DNA of 64,000 nucleotides from Granulicella sp. (GTDB lineage Bacteria; Acidobacteriota; Terriglobia; Terriglobales; Acidobacteriaceae): contig DAHWNL010000038.1 of the NCBI GenBank assembly GCA_027339965.1, positions 35,831-99,830 on the forward strand, written 5' to 3'. Below are positions 1-10,859 of this stretch, one piece after another (within the stretch, counting starts at the first letter, position 1; each line of letters begins with the position of its first letter). Under the pieces are notes generated by a model, which had not been told where the DNA came from, did no database searches, and was given only the letters and a program-made list of their open reading frames with translations. The position numbers were made by a program, and so were the translations under genes.

Positions 1-1266
1 ATCGTTGGGCCGGGCGCGGCCCGCTCCCAGGCGCTGGATCGCCCAGCCCACCTCTTTGCAGTCCACGGCGGAGAGATACCCCGCGCGGGAGGCGCGCAGG
101 AGGCGTGTGGCGCGTGGCCGATGGAACGCCGCCGGATCGGAGAAGACGCTCACGTCTCCGCCCTGCGCAGCGATGATCTTCAACCAGGCGGCGTAGGCCT
201 CCCCCGAACGCAGGATCGCGTCGGCCATCTTTGCTCCCTGCTCTGGAGAGTTTGCTCGGCCGGCGAGAAAAAGCCCCCAGCCGCTGAGCTTGTTCGCCAA
301 CTCGATGAGGTCTGTTGACATGCGGTGGCGAGCGCCTTTCATGACCTCAACGCACTCCCGGACCTCTATCCAGTTTCCGGAGAAACGGCCCATCGGTTCG
401 TCCATGGCCGTCAAAAGGGCTACGGTCCGGGTGCCGGAGGACTCTCCAGTGGAGACCATCAAATCAGCCAGAAATCTTGACTGCTCTTCGGTGGGCATCA
501 ATGCTCCCGAGCCCACTTTTACGTCCAGCACCAGGGCGCGGAGATTCTCGGCCAACTTTTTGCTCATGATGCTGGCGCAGATCAGAAATGGGGACTCGAC
601 GGTGCCCGTATGGTCGCGCATCGCGTAGAGGATGCGGTCCGCCGGGACCAGCTGCGCCGTCTGCCCTACCAGCACGGCGTGGCACTCCCGCAGTACCTGG
701 ATTCTCCGCTCCTGCCCCAGTTGCGAGTTAAAGCCGGGGATGGTCTCCAGCTTGTCCAGGGTTCCGCCGGTATGACCCAGGTTGCGTCCGGAGATCATGG
801 GAACAAAGAGAGATGAAGGAACTCCGTCCGGCGTACCGTGCTCCTTCTTGACCGTTGGAAGCGTTGCGGCGGCAGCCCAGATTGGGGCGATCAGAAGACT
901 GCTCTTGTCTCCCACTCCTCCCGTGGAATGCTTGTCCAGCGTGAAGGTTTCGGTTTTTGCCGCCGTCAGGTGAGAGGCATCCAAGGTCTCGCCAGAAAAG
1001 CGCATGGCCTGGGTTAGGTCCGAAAGCTCTCGCAGCGAAAGGCCGCGCTGGAAGACCGCCATCAGGAAAGCTCCAAGCTGGGCGTCCGTGATGTCTCCTG
1101 CTTCAGGGGGGTAGGCAGGCTCAGAGCCTGCGCTTTGTCCGGCTGCCTGCTGTCCCTGCGCGGCTGCTTCTCCGTGGCGTACGGCTGCCTGCACAAAAAA
1201 TTCAATCTCTGCCGTGGACAGCTCTGCGCCGTTCCGCTTCTTCATCAACAGATCGATGGCATGCAT
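1..1266 (-). CDS. deoA: Thymidine/pyrimidine-nucleoside phosphorylase, 3' end runs off the window (absent from ORF track)
   Basis: Manual minus-strand translation: MHAIDLLMKKRNGAELS...DKHSTGGVGDK...PMISGRNLGHTGGTLDKLE...VPADRILYAMRD...ASIMSKKLAE...LVLDVKVGSGAFM; follows cdd. Start may be slightly upstream. Confidence 0.92.
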   Translation of the reverse strand, partial: MHAIDLLMKKRNGAELSTAEIEFFVQAAVRHGEAAAQGQQAAGQSAGSEPAYPPEAGDITDAQLGAFLMAVFQRGLSLRELSDLTQAMRFSGETLDASHLTAAKTETFTLDKHSTGGVGDKSSLLIAPIWAAAATLPTVKKEHGTPDGVPSSLFVPMISGRNLGHTGGTLDKLETIPGFNSQLGQERRIQVLRECHAVLVGQTAQLVPADRILYAMRDHTGTVESPFLICASIMSKKLAENLRALVLDVKVGSGALMPTEEQSRFLADLMVSTGESSGTRTVALLTAMDEPMGRFSGNWIEVRECVEVMKGARHRMSTDLIELANKLSGWGLFLAGRANSPEQGAKMADAILRSGEAYAAWLKIIAAQGGDVSVFSDPAAFHRPRATRLLRASRAGYLSAVDCKEVGWAIQRLGAGRARPND

Positions 1267-1356
1267 GGCAAGGTCATCCTGATGGCTTGGAGCTGTGTCG
1301 CTCAGCAAATGCCGCTTCCGGCGCGCTCCGAGAGATCCGGGCCGGGGTAAGGGGGT

Positions 1357-1857
1357 CTAACGCTTCTTCGTCGCGTCGGAATCCGCCGGACCCCAAGGAG
1401 GAAGCTGGTCAACGTCCGTCTCGGGAGGAAAGATCTTCGTGTTCTCCTCCAGATACGCGGCGCGAAAGGCCGAGGGGAGCAACTCGCCCAAGGTTGTCTC
1501 CATCGCCCCGCCGCCCACTCCTGGATACAAAATCAGGGTTGCATCGTCTCCAAACTCAGCCAAGGTTTGGCGGCAGGCTCCGCAAGGCATGCTGGTTGCC
1601 CCGTTTAAATTTGCGACGGCGACAGCTCTCAACCGGATTCCAGGTCCAAGTTCGGCGACCGCTCGGGCAACTGCCACCTGCTCCGCGCAACTGGTGAGGC
1701 GGTAGGAACAGTTTTCCACGTTGCAACCGGTAATGACGGTGCCATCCTCGAGCAGCAGCGCTGCCCCTACTCGAAACCGGCTATAAGGGGCGTAGGCATG
1801 CTCGGCCGCCTTTGCCGCCAGATTTCTGAGCTTGCTGCGATCTGCTTCGCCTAACAC
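1357..1857 (-). CDS. cdd: Cytidine deaminase
   Basis: AYAPYSRFRVGAA, GCNVEN, CAE and PCGACRQ zinc motifs. Confidence 0.95.
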   Translation of the reverse strand: MLGEADRSKLRNLAAKAAEHAYAPYSRFRVGAALLLEDGTVITGCNVENCSYRLTSCAEQVAVARAVAELGPGIRLRAVAVANLNGATSMPCGACRQTLAEFGDDATLILYPGVGGGAMETTLGELLPSAFRAAYLEENTKIFPPETDVDQLPPWGPADSDATKKR

Positions 1858-2247
1858 GTTCTCTCCTCGGAATCTCTCTCCGTAAATCGTTTAGCGTAAT
1901 TGCTTTCGCGGTCCGCCGCAAGCTGCGATCCGGAGCTGCGATGCAAAACTTTTTGAACCGGCAGCCACTGAGGACGAAAGCCGATGCCACCCACAGATCC
2001 AGATAAAGGCGCGCGGGGGCGATGGAGATGGCCGCCTCTGGGAAAGGAACTCCTGGATATCGGGGTTGTCAGGATGGAGCAGCGGCGCCAGGCAAATCCG
2101 ACTCCGACTCTTCCTTCAGCAAGCGTAAAAAGGAGACGGGCCTGGGAATCAGGCTCGCTCTCTCCGCAGACGGGTCGAGATTCCGAGGACCGTACAATCA
2201 AAAGAATACAAAGCCGGATTTCGATTCTGCCGTTCTTCATCGTCGAT

Positions 2248-3618
2248 ATGCTCATTGCCATCGCGCGCGCCTTCCAAACACCTATCCGACGAATTCCGAT
2301 GCCGCTGCGTCTGGCCGCCGGGCTGTTGTCGATGTTATTTTGTCTGTTCGCGGCGATGCATGCGATCGCCGCTCGGGAGTCGGTCTTTGTGACCGCAGAC
2401 GCGCGCTTTTACCTGGGTATCGCCAGGGGGGATTACAGCCAGGTGATGCAACCCTTTGCACTGCGTCAACTGGGGGCGATCTTTGCAGCCGTGCTCGGGC
2501 ATCTGTTGCACGCTTCTGTCGAAGAAGGCTTTGTGCTGGAAGGGATGCTTTCGCTGGTGACCTTGCTGATGGTGATTTATAGCGTTTTGCTGCGCTCCTC
2601 AGCCCCAGGCTGGCTGCTGGCCGCCATCGCTTTTCTTCCATTTTGGCCCATGCTGATGAAGGAGATGGTGCTGCCTGATCTTTGGTATTCAGCTCTGCTG
2701 GCGTTGCTGCTGCTCTTACTCAAGAACGAGAAGATGCTGGCTGCGTCGTTGATGATGTTTCCTCTGATGCTCTCGCGAGAGTCCACCTCGCTCACGCTGG
2801 TCTGCTTGCTGGCGGCCGGTTGGCAATGGCTGAGATGGAGAGATAGGTGGGTTGCCGCGATATCGGCGCTGGCCGGAGCGATAGTGGTGAAGCATCTGGC
2901 GTTGCATGCTCAGCCCAACCTGGAACATCTCCCGGAAACCATCTATATGCTCGCCAAAGTGCCTTGGAACTTCTCCAATAACGTTCTCGGACTGGTTCCA
3001 TGGAGCAATGTCAATCAGAGTTTTTGCTCTGTGCCGATCTGGAAGCTGCCGGTTCAGTTTGGTCCCGTGCAGGCGATTGGTATCTGCGGTTTCTCCTCCC
3101 TGGGCTGGATGAAGATTACGTCAACCATGTTGAATGAGTTTGGACTGTTGCCCCTGCTGATGGCCTTCCTGTGGTGGCAGCGCAGGAAAACTCGTGAGTC
3201 TGTGGCGCAGTCCAATTTGCTGCTCCGTTTTACGTTATTCTACGGAGTTGCTTCTCTGGCGCTGGCGCCTGTGCTGGGAACATGGATCAGTCGATTGGTG
3301 GGATATGCCTGGCCAATGTATTTGGTCGCCTTGCCGCTCCAGTTTCGGCCTGTGTCGCGGAGTGTCTTGCTCAGCAAGCGCGCTCTGGCGGGGACAGGGT
3401 TTTTCTGCCTGCATCTGATCGCCGTTTGGTTCTCCATCTATCAGGCGATCCGGTGGACATGGACGATACAGGTGACAGTCGAATTCGGCCTTTGGACGGT
3501 CGGCTATTTTCTATTGCGATTCTGGCTCGGTGCTGGCAAGGAAGAGCCGGGCAGCGGAGATGGCGTGGGCGCGGGCATTCCTCCTGCGAACTCCGCGGCT
3601 TTGGCCACGGGGCGGTGA
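2248..3618 (+). CDS. Polytopic membrane protein, possibly GT-C-fold glycosyltransferase-like
   Basis: Roughly 10-12 hydrophobic segments; DARFYLGIARG after first helix, LSRES motif; start uncertain (2248 or 2299; ORF open from 1984). Confidence 0.6.
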   Translation: MLIAIARAFQTPIRRIPMPLRLAAGLLSMLFCLFAAMHAIAARESVFVTADARFYLGIARGDYSQVMQPFALRQLGAIFAAVLGHLLHASVEEGFVLEGMLSLVTLLMVIYSVLLRSSAPGWLLAAIAFLPFWPMLMKEMVLPDLWYSALLALLLLLLKNEKMLAASLMMFPLMLSRESTSLTLVCLLAAGWQWLRWRDRWVAAISALAGAIVVKHLALHAQPNLEHLPETIYMLAKVPWNFSNNVLGLVPWSNVNQSFCSVPIWKLPVQFGPVQAIGICGFSSLGWMKITSTMLNEFGLLPLLMAFLWWQRRKTRESVAQSNLLLRFTLFYGVASLALAPVLGTWISRLVGYAWPMYLVALPLQFRPVSRSVLLSKRALAGTGFFCLHLIAVWFSIYQAIRWTWTIQVTVEFGLWTVGYFLLRFWLGAGKEEPGSGDGVGAGIPPANSAALATGR

Positions 3619-3651
3619 GCCGTCAGACCTCCGCAGTTCGCAGAACGATGC

Positions 3652-6225
3652 CTACTGAGGAGGCTGTGGGGATTGAGATGCCGGCTGGGGCTCATATGTT
3701 GGCGGGGGTTGGGGTGAGGTTTTGTCTTTGCCTGTGCCGAAGATCCTCTGCAGCAGACTGCGGTGCTTGGGTGCATCTGCAGGCTGCGACGTTGCCGGAG
3801 TGTTGCTGGATGGGTTGGATCGTCCGGTGAAGAAGTTGAAGATGCGGCTGGCGAGCGATTGAGGGTTGTCTCCCAGGTGCGAACAGGTGTTTTCAGGGGC
3901 TGTGCCCACCAGAAAGGCGACGGCAAAGTCATTGTCCGGACAGGAGTCGTCGGCGATCAGATCCGTGGGGCGGTTGATGGTGACCATCTCAACCCCATTG
4001 GGCATGGGGCCGAGAGCCTTCATATCCGAGTACTGAGGGATCTTGATGGCGCGGGTCATAAACTCGGCCCAGATGGGCGCGGCGGCGTCTGCGCCTTGAA
4101 TTTTGAGATCGGTGTAATCGTCATTGCCCACCCAGACCACGCAAAGAAGGTTGGAAGAGTAGCCGATAAACCAGGAATCGTGTTCGGTGCCGGTTTTGCC
4201 TGCGGCGGGAGCCGTGAAGCCATGGGCCCGGACGGTTGCGCCCGTGCCGTAGTCGACCACCCCTTGCAGCAGAGACTGGGTGAGGAAAGCGGTGCGGGGG
4301 TCAAGAATCTGTTTGGCCTCGGGCGCAAAGTCGGCGACGATGTCTCCATCCGGATTGCGGACGCTGGCGACAACCCAGGGCTTGAGATGAACGCCGTTGT
4401 TGGCGAAGACCGTATAGGCCCCAGCCATCTCCAGGGGAGTGGCGTCGTAGGTGCCAATGGCAACCGAGGGAGTTCCACGCGCATTGACGATGCCGGCCGA
4501 ACGCGCCAGTGCGGCTACATTTTCATATCCGACGGTCTGGGCCAGAGCGATGGTGGCGATATTCAGGGAGTGCGCGAGGGCGTCAGCGGCCGTGACCATC
4601 CCGGGAAACTCTCCTTTGACGAAGTTGCCGGGCATGTAAGGATGACTGTCGGTGCCGAAGTTCTGAGGGTCATCGTTGAGCCGGGTTAAAGCCGTAAAGA
4701 CTCCGCCGGACCCAAGGCTGGAGCCGTCCAGCGAGGTATTGTAAGCGGCGGCATAAACGAAGGGCTTGAAGGTTGATCCGGTGGGGCGCTCAGCCAGAGC
4801 ATGATCCAGTTGGGAGGTGGCGTAATGGTGGCCGCCCACCAGCGCCAGCACCTGCCCGGTGTGCGGATTCAGCGCCACCAGGGCGACCTGAGGATAGGTG
4901 ATGGGGCCGTCGGGGACGTAGTCCTTGGTGAACCGCTGCCCGCGTGTATGGTGGTGAAGGAAGTAACGCCGGCGCACGAGCTCATCTACGTTTTGCATCC
5001 CGGCGGAAACTGCGGCGGCGGCGGCGCGCTGCAGATCAGGGTCCAATGAGGTGTAGATGTGCAGGGCCGAATGGGCTGTGGCCGATTCTCCGAGGCGCTG
5101 CACGATCTGGTCGTGGACCAGATCGACGAAGTACGGCGCCTCAGAGGCATCGATGTCCGGAGGGGCGAGGTGAATGGGTTCGGCCTTGGCACGAGCCGCT
5201 TGATTCCGCGTGATGGCCCCGGTCTCAACCATGGAGTCAAGGACCAGATTGCGCCGATCCATGGAACGTACTGGATGGCGATAGGGGGAAAAGTAGTTGG
5301 GCCGCTGGATCATGCCGGCCAGTAGAGCGCATTCCGCCAGGTCCAACTGACCCAGATTCTTGCCAAAGTATGCCTGGGCCGCCTCGCCAAAGCCGTTAAT
5401 GGCAAAGGAGCCTCGCTGGCCAAGATTGATCTCGTTGGCATACATCGCGAAGATCTGCTGCTTGGTGAAGCGATGTTCGAGCTGAAAGGTGATTATTACC
5501 TCAGCGATCTTGCGAGAGTATGTCTTTTCCGGAGAAAGGAAAAAGCCGCGGGCCAGTTGCTGCGTCAGTGTGGATCCGCCACAGTTCAGGCGGTGGGCCA
5601 GCAGATCCTGCACGGCGCATTTTGCGGTGCGCACATAGTTGATGCCGCCGTGTTCAAAAAAGCGGCGGTCCTCAATGGCTAGCACGGCCTGAACCATGCG
5701 AGGAGGAATCTGATCGTAAGTCACCAGACGGCGCTTGGTGCGTTCGTTCTCCCCAGAGAGAGCGGTGATCAACTGTGGTTCGAGCTTGTAGGCGGCGAGC
5801 GGAGCTCCGTTCTCGGCTGTAATGCTCTGCACCATGCCCCCTGCGGTGGCAATGGTGGCGCCATCCATGGCCAGATAGCTGTCGGGCCCCGGTTTGATCA
5901 GGATCGAGTTGCCCCGCAGTTCGTAGCGTCCCAAGTCGGGGTTCAGGTTGTACCCCGCCCGGCGGAGCGTGGCGGCAATCGCGGCCGCTGAGAGTTGCTG
6001 GCCGGGGCGCACCTCCTGCGGAGCTGCATAGATCTGGGCCGAATTTCCGAAGAGGGGCCCTTTGGCCAGCCGTTCCGCCACCATGCCCCGATAGCGGAAC
6101 CAGAAGGAGCCGAAGATGCCGGCCCCAATGAGAATCACCACCAGCGCGAGCAGTACGGCTGCTTGCAGCAGCGTCGAGAGCCACGGACGATGACGGCGAG
6201 GAGCGAGTTTGACTCTTACAGGCAT
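3652..6225 (-). CDS. Class A penicillin-binding protein (PBP1A/1B family)
   Basis: N-terminal anchor, EDRRF and GGSTLTQQ transglycosylase motifs, STFK, SLN, KTGT transpeptidase motifs. Confidence 0.93.
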   Translation of the reverse strand: MPVRVKLAPRRHRPWLSTLLQAAVLLALVVILIGAGIFGSFWFRYRGMVAERLAKGPLFGNSAQIYAAPQEVRPGQQLSAAAIAATLRRAGYNLNPDLGRYELRGNSILIKPGPDSYLAMDGATIATAGGMVQSITAENGAPLAAYKLEPQLITALSGENERTKRRLVTYDQIPPRMVQAVLAIEDRRFFEHGGINYVRTAKCAVQDLLAHRLNCGGSTLTQQLARGFFLSPEKTYSRKIAEVIITFQLEHRFTKQQIFAMYANEINLGQRGSFAINGFGEAAQAYFGKNLGQLDLAECALLAGMIQRPNYFSPYRHPVRSMDRRNLVLDSMVETGAITRNQAARAKAEPIHLAPPDIDASEAPYFVDLVHDQIVQRLGESATAHSALHIYTSLDPDLQRAAAAAVSAGMQNVDELVRRRYFLHHHTRGQRFTKDYVPDGPITYPQVALVALNPHTGQVLALVGGHHYATSQLDHALAERPTGSTFKPFVYAAAYNTSLDGSSLGSGGVFTALTRLNDDPQNFGTDSHPYMPGNFVKGEFPGMVTAADALAHSLNIATIALAQTVGYENVAALARSAGIVNARGTPSVAIGTYDATPLEMAGAYTVFANNGVHLKPWVVASVRNPDGDIVADFAPEAKQILDPRTAFLTQSLLQGVVDYGTGATVRAHGFTAPAAGKTGTEHDSWFIGYSSNLLCVVWVGNDDYTDLKIQGADAAAPIWAEFMTRAIKIPQYSDMKALGPMPNGVEMVTINRPTDLIADDSCPDNDFAVAFLVGTAPENTCSHLGDNPQSLASRIFNFFTGRSNPSSNTPATSQPADAPKHRSLLQRIFGTGKDKTSPQPPPTYEPQPASQSPQPPQ

Positions 6226-6267
6226 GGGAACCAGAGAAGGAAGTCGGGCATGGCGATCGAGAGAGCC

Positions 6268-8112
6268 TCAGGATTTAGACGCTGCCAGAAGCGATGCGAG
6301 GTGCTGACTCAAGGACTCCACGGGCAGACTGGTGGTGAGGCCGGTGAGGCGATCCACAAGTTCCACGTGACCTTCGGCAAGTTTTTTGCCGATGTTGACC
6401 CGGTAAGGAACTCCGATCAGTTCAGCATCCTTGAACTTTACGCCGGCACGCTCGTCGCGGTCATCCAGAAGGACGTCGACTCCAGCGGCATCGAGCGCCT
6501 TGGCCAGCGACTCCCCAGCCTCCAGGAGTTCAGGTTCACGAACGTTTGTGATGCAGACGACCACCTCAAAGGGTGCGATGGCCGGCGGCAAGGCATACTG
6601 CTCCGAACTGGTGGTTGCCAAGAACTTGGCCGCACTGGACTCGATGGCTGCGGTGAGAATGCGCTCAATGCCAATTCCATAGCAACCCATGATCGGGGTT
6701 ACCTCTTTGCCGTTGGCATCCAAAACCCGCGCGCCCATGCTTTGGCTGTACTTGTAGCCCAGCTTGAAGATATGGCCGATCTCGACCGCCTTGCCCAGGC
6801 GCAGGGGTTGCCCCGCCACCGGGTCGAGTTCTCCCTCGTTGATGTTGCGAATGTCGGCAACCAGAGTGGGCGTGAAGTCACGGCCGGGGGTGACGTTTCG
6901 ATAGTGATAATCGAGCCGATTGGCTCCGCAGACCAGGTTCTGGCGGCCTTCCAGGCCGGAGTCCATGATGACGATCGTCTTCAGACCCTCGGCGGGGGTT
7001 TCGCGCAGCACGCCCTTGAGTTTATCGAGCGGCTTGCCGGATTTGAGGCCGTTGAGCGAGCCCTGGGTCATCACTTCGGCGATGCCGACGGGTCCCAGGT
7101 AGCCGGCGGGACCGCCGATGTGCAGGGCAAGCTCTTCGCCGGTCATGGGACGCAGTTCGGTGACGCCGGCTACGGCGCTCAGCTTGGTCTCATTCACCTG
7201 ATGGTCGCCGCGCAGGAACGCGACTACGGGGCGAAGAGGTTCGCCGGAGCGCGCGCCCATGAAGGCGACGCACTTGATGTCTTGCGCCGCATGGATGGCG
7301 AAGAAGGCGGTGACATCGGCAATGGAGGCTTTTCCTGGTGTGGAAACCAGCTCCGGCATTCCGTCTCCGGTGGGCTCCAGATCGGCCACAGGGGTCAGCC
7401 TGCTGGTGGCCTTCTCGATATTGGCGGCGTAGCCGGAGGAGGAACTGGCGATAAGATCTTCGCCTGCCTCGGTGTAGACCATGAACTCCTGGGACTGCGA
7501 TCCGCCCATGGCGCCGGAGTCAGCTTCGACGACGACAAACTCCAGGCCGCAGCGGGTGAAGATGGCGCGATAGGCGGCATCGTTCTTCTTGTAGCTTTCG
7601 TCCAGCCCGGCGGCATCCAGGTCAAAGGAGTAGGCGTCTTTCATGAGGAACTGGCGGACGCGCAGGAGGCCGGACTTGGGGCGGGGCTCGTCGCGAAATT
7701 TGGTTTGGATCTGATACCAGATCTGGGGAAGCTGCTTGTAGCTGCGCAGTTCGTTGCGGGCGATAGAGGTGATGACCTCCTCGTGGGTCATCGCCAGGCA
7801 AAGCTGCGCGCCTTTGCGATCCTTGAGGCGAAACATGTTGTCGCCCATCCCGGTCCAGCGGCCGGACTCTTCCCAGATCTCGGCGGGATTAAGGGCGGGG
7901 AGAAAGAACTCCTGGCCGATCTTGTCCATCTCCTGGCGAACAATGGCCACGATCTTGTTCAGGGAGCGCTGCCCAAGAGGAAGGTAGCTGTAGATGCCCG
8001 CGCCCAGTTGGCGAATGTATCCCGCGCGCAAAAGAAGCTTGTGACTGGCGACTTCCGCGTCGGCGGGAGCGTCGCGGAGCGTCGGAATGAATAGCTTCGA
8101 CCATCGGTGCAT
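6268..8112 (-). CDS. proS: Proline--tRNA ligase with editing insertion domain
   Basis: [68 protein letters not shown]. Confidence 0.97.
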   Translation of the reverse strand: MHRWSKLFIPTLRDAPADAEVASHKLLLRAGYIRQLGAGIYSYLPLGQRSLNKIVAIVRQEMDKIGQEFFLPALNPAEIWEESGRWTGMGDNMFRLKDRKGAQLCLAMTHEEVITSIARNELRSYKQLPQIWYQIQTKFRDEPRPKSGLLRVRQFLMKDAYSFDLDAAGLDESYKKNDAAYRAIFTRCGLEFVVVEADSGAMGGSQSQEFMVYTEAGEDLIASSSSGYAANIEKATSRLTPVADLEPTGDGMPELVSTPGKASIADVTAFFAIHAAQDIKCVAFMGARSGEPLRPVVAFLRGDHQVNETKLSAVAGVTELRPMTGEELALHIGGPAGYLGPVGIAEVMTQGSLNGLKSGKPLDKLKGVLRETPAEGLKTIVIMDSGLEGRQNLVCGANRLDYHYRNVTPGRDFTPTLVADIRNINEGELDPVAGQPLRLGKAVEIGHIFKLGYKYSQSMGARVLDANGKEVTPIMGCYGIGIERILTAAIESSAAKFLATTSSEQYALPPAIAPFEVVVCITNVREPELLEAGESLAKALDAAGVDVLLDDRDERAGVKFKDAELIGVPYRVNIGKKLAEGHVELVDRLTGLTTSLPVESLSQHLASLLAASKS

Positions 8113-8214
8113 ATTCCCTCGATTGTATCGAACCCGGCAGATGCCGGCTGAGGCTGGCAAAGCGAAAGGGAGGAGCGTTACGGAGAGGTTGCCTGACCGG
8201 CGAGTTTCCCCAGA

Positions 8215-8255
8215 TTCCCAGAGTTCTTCCTGCGCTTCCCAGAGTTCTTCCTGCG
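8215..8255. repeat. Tandem duplication, 20-bp unit TTCCCAGAGTTCTTCCTGCG x2 (21-bp period)
   Basis: Exact copies at 8215-8234 and 8236-8255 between proS and kdsD. Confidence 0.85.
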
Positions 8256-8374
8256 GCGGTTCGGCAGCCCAGCGGGAGAGTTGTGCTGCGCAACGGCATC
8301 CTCCACCCTGGCGCCAACATCAGGCGCTGATCGGCCTGGATATCGGCAAACGAAGTTTCCCTGTTTGCTCCAGC

Positions 8375-9370
8375 TCAGGTCAGGATGTCGTGGAGATGGA
8401 GGACGCCCAGAACAGGAGTGGAGGGTGTTCCGTCCGCAGTGACGATCAAGGCGGTGATCTTATGCTCTTCCATGACAGCCAGGGCATCGCCGGCGAAGCG
8501 GGCGGGAGAGATGGTGCGAGGCGATGGGTTCAAGATCTCCGCAGCCGTGTGATGAAACGCGCTGGGACCGCTGCGAGCGAAGAGCCGGCGCAGGTCGCCG
8601 TCGGAGAGGATGCCGAGCAGAGCGCCGTTGGATTGTATCGTGGTCATGCCCAGGCGCTTGGCGGACATCTCGTGAATGATCTCCGGGAGGGTTGCCGAGG
8701 GAGCCACTGAGGGGATGGCATCGCCGCTGTGCATCAGCAGGTCGATGGTGACCAGGCGTTGGCCAAGCCGGCCGCCAGGATGAAGCTCCGCGAAATCCCG
8801 GGGCTGAAAGTTGAGCCGGCCACTGATGTTGATCGCCAAGGCATCCCCCAGCGCCAGCATCACGGTGGTTGAAGCGGTGGGCGCCAGTTGCAGGTTGCAG
8901 GCCTCGCGCTCCACGTGAACGTCGAGCACGTGCGCGGAGGCTTTGGCCAGGGAGGAGTCCGGCGTTGCGGTAAGACTGACCAGGGTCACGCCAAGGCGGG
9001 GGAGAACCGGCAGCAGACGTAGCAGCTCCTCGGTATGGCCGGAGTACGAGAGCGCGGCTAGAACGTCTCCGCTGTGCAGCACGCCGAGGTCGCCATGCAG
9101 GGCTTCTGTGGGGTGAAGAAATTGGGCCGGCGTGCCGGTGGAAAGCATGGTTGCGGCGATTTTGCGGGCGATCAGGCCGCTCTTGCCCACCCCGGTGAGC
9201 ACCACGCGATGACCGTTGCGGACAGTTTCAGCCAGCAAAGAGGCGACCCGTTCAAACACTTCATTTTGCGGGCCCTCCAGGCGCCTGGCGAGGTGTTCCA
9301 GTGCCTCGGCTTGGATACGAACCAACTCCGAAGGGCTGTGCGGCGCGGGGGATTGCGAGGGTGGGAGCAT
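8375..9370 (-). CDS. kdsD: KpsF/GutQ family arabinose-5-phosphate isomerase (SIS + 2 CBS)
   Basis: GVGKSGLIARKIAAT, HPTEALHGDLG, LAPTAST, HPGGRLG, DGDLRR. Confidence 0.93.
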   Translation of the reverse strand: MLPPSQSPAPHSPSELVRIQAEALEHLARRLEGPQNEVFERVASLLAETVRNGHRVVLTGVGKSGLIARKIAATMLSTGTPAQFLHPTEALHGDLGVLHSGDVLAALSYSGHTEELLRLLPVLPRLGVTLVSLTATPDSSLAKASAHVLDVHVEREACNLQLAPTASTTVMLALGDALAINISGRLNFQPRDFAELHPGGRLGQRLVTIDLLMHSGDAIPSVAPSATLPEIIHEMSAKRLGMTTIQSNGALLGILSDGDLRRLFARSGPSAFHHTAAEILNPSPRTISPARFAGDALAVMEEHKITALIVTADGTPSTPVLGVLHLHDILT

Positions 9371-9533
9371 CAGATTTCTTGCCGATGTCTGTCTTCAATG
9401 ACCATGCTAGCAGAACGGCCGTAGAGGGATTCGAGCTGGCTCGCGGGGGCTATTGGGAGCAAGGAGAAACGGCGCTAAACTAAGGAGAGAAGCCGCGCGA
9501 GCGTGGAGCTTCGCCGCGCCGAGGGATAGAGAC

Positions 9534-10175
9534 GTGTTTGGTGATCAAGTTCGCCGTCTGGCGATTGTTGTCCTGCTGATTGCGGGCGTGACGTTGCTTG
9601 TGCTTGCAGGCACCCATAATTTGCGTTCTCGGCAGAGGCAGATTCAGTCTCAACAGCAGAGCGTCGGATCGGCTGCGCCGGCTTCCGCGTCTTCGGATGG
9701 CGGCGGGGATGATGATGGAGACGACCCCATGGCTAAGAAGATGCTCGGCAAGGCCGCTCCCGGCTTCACGTTGGTCGATCTTCAGGGTAAGAAGGTTTCC
9801 CTCTCGGATTACAAAGGACATCCGGTCGTGCTGAACTTCTGGGCGACCTATTGCCCCCCCTGCAAGCTGGAGATGCCGTGGTTTCAGGAATTGGAGAACC
9901 AGTACCAGAGCCGGGGCCTGGTGGTGCTGGGCGTGGATCAAGACGATGGCATGGCAGTCAAGGATGTCGCCGCGGCCGCCAAGAAGATCGGCGTGACCTA
10001 TCCCATCCTGATGCCCAACAGCGACATTTCCAAGAGCTATCAACTGGGTGATTACATTCCCGAGACCTTCTACATCGATAAGAACGGGAGGATCGTGGAC
10101 CAGACAGTGGGGGCGCACTCCAGGGACGAGATGCAAGCGGATATTGAGAAGGCCATCGAATCGGGTGGCGAGTGA
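9534..10175 (+). CDS. TlpA/ResA-family thiol-disulfide oxidoreductase, membrane anchored
   Basis: N-terminal TM, APGFTL, LNFWATYCPPC, IPETFYIDKNG; start inferred (GTG 9534). Confidence 0.9.
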   Translation: MFGDQVRRLAIVVLLIAGVTLLVLAGTHNLRSRQRQIQSQQQSVGSAAPASASSDGGGDDDGDDPMAKKMLGKAAPGFTLVDLQGKKVSLSDYKGHPVVLNFWATYCPPCKLEMPWFQELENQYQSRGLVVLGVDQDDGMAVKDVAAAAKKIGVTYPILMPNSDISKSYQLGDYIPETFYIDKNGRIVDQTVGAHSRDEMQADIEKAIESGGE

Positions 10176-10723
10176 GAACTTTGCATCTGAGACTGATCCG
10201 GCGGCCGCTCGTCCCGATGACGCTTCTCGGAGCGATGTTTCTCGCCGTTGCCTGTATAAGTTCGTCTGCGCCGCTCATGCCGCGCGCATGCGCGCAGCAG
10301 ATCCAGTTTGGATTGACGCCGGCTGCGCATCATGGGCATGTGGAGTTGCTCTCCGATAATGTACAAGTGATTGCTGGAGTGCCGCAGGTGGTGCAGTTAT
10401 GGTTTCGGGTAGACGATGGATTCCACATCAACTCGCACAAGCCTCTGGACCAGCTGCTGATTCCAACCCGGTTGCAACTTGAGTTGACCGATGGCGTCAA
10501 GGTGATGGGCGACACCTATCCTGCCGGTTCCTCCTTTCGGTTGCAGATGGGATCAGGTGAGCTGATGAGCGTTTACCAGGGAAGGTTTCCGGTGAGCGTG
10601 CGGCTGGTAGCGCCCAAGGGCGAATCGACGCTGAACGGTGTGCTGCACTACCAAGCCTGCGGCAGCGCCTCTTGCTTTCCTCCTCAATCGCTTGCGGTCA
10701 GGGTGGCCTTGAGCGGGCAGTGA
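10172..10723 (+). CDS. DsbD N-terminal domain-like exported protein
   Basis: Signal peptide, GFHINSHKP, YQACGSASCFPP; overlaps TlpA stop. Confidence 0.8.
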   Translation: MRTLHLRLIRRPLVPMTLLGAMFLAVACISSSAPLMPRACAQQIQFGLTPAAHHGHVELLSDNVQVIAGVPQVVQLWFRVDDGFHINSHKPLDQLLIPTRLQLELTDGVKVMGDTYPAGSSFRLQMGSGELMSVYQGRFPVSVRLVAPKGESTLNGVLHYQACGSASCFPPQSLAVRVALSGQ

Positions 10724-10859
10724 CCGGCGAAGGCTGGGTCGGACCGGCCTCTGCGCGATAGCTGAAGCCACAGACAAGTCTCCCGGCGCAACCCTCTGCT
10801 GAGCGGCTCAGAGGCCGGCTCTCTCCTGAAGGTTGTGAAGTTGAGAAGCTGAGGTTGGA

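Noticed and set aside
5995..8094. 699-aa + strand ORF, and similar long ORFs at 11103-12422, 39855-41468, 52592-54187, 18534-19835
   Set aside because: Antisense shadows of well-supported genes, expected from high-GC codon bias; no protein motifs
8113..8374. T-box leader for proS
   Set aside because: No T-box consensus or terminator/antiterminator seen on the minus strand
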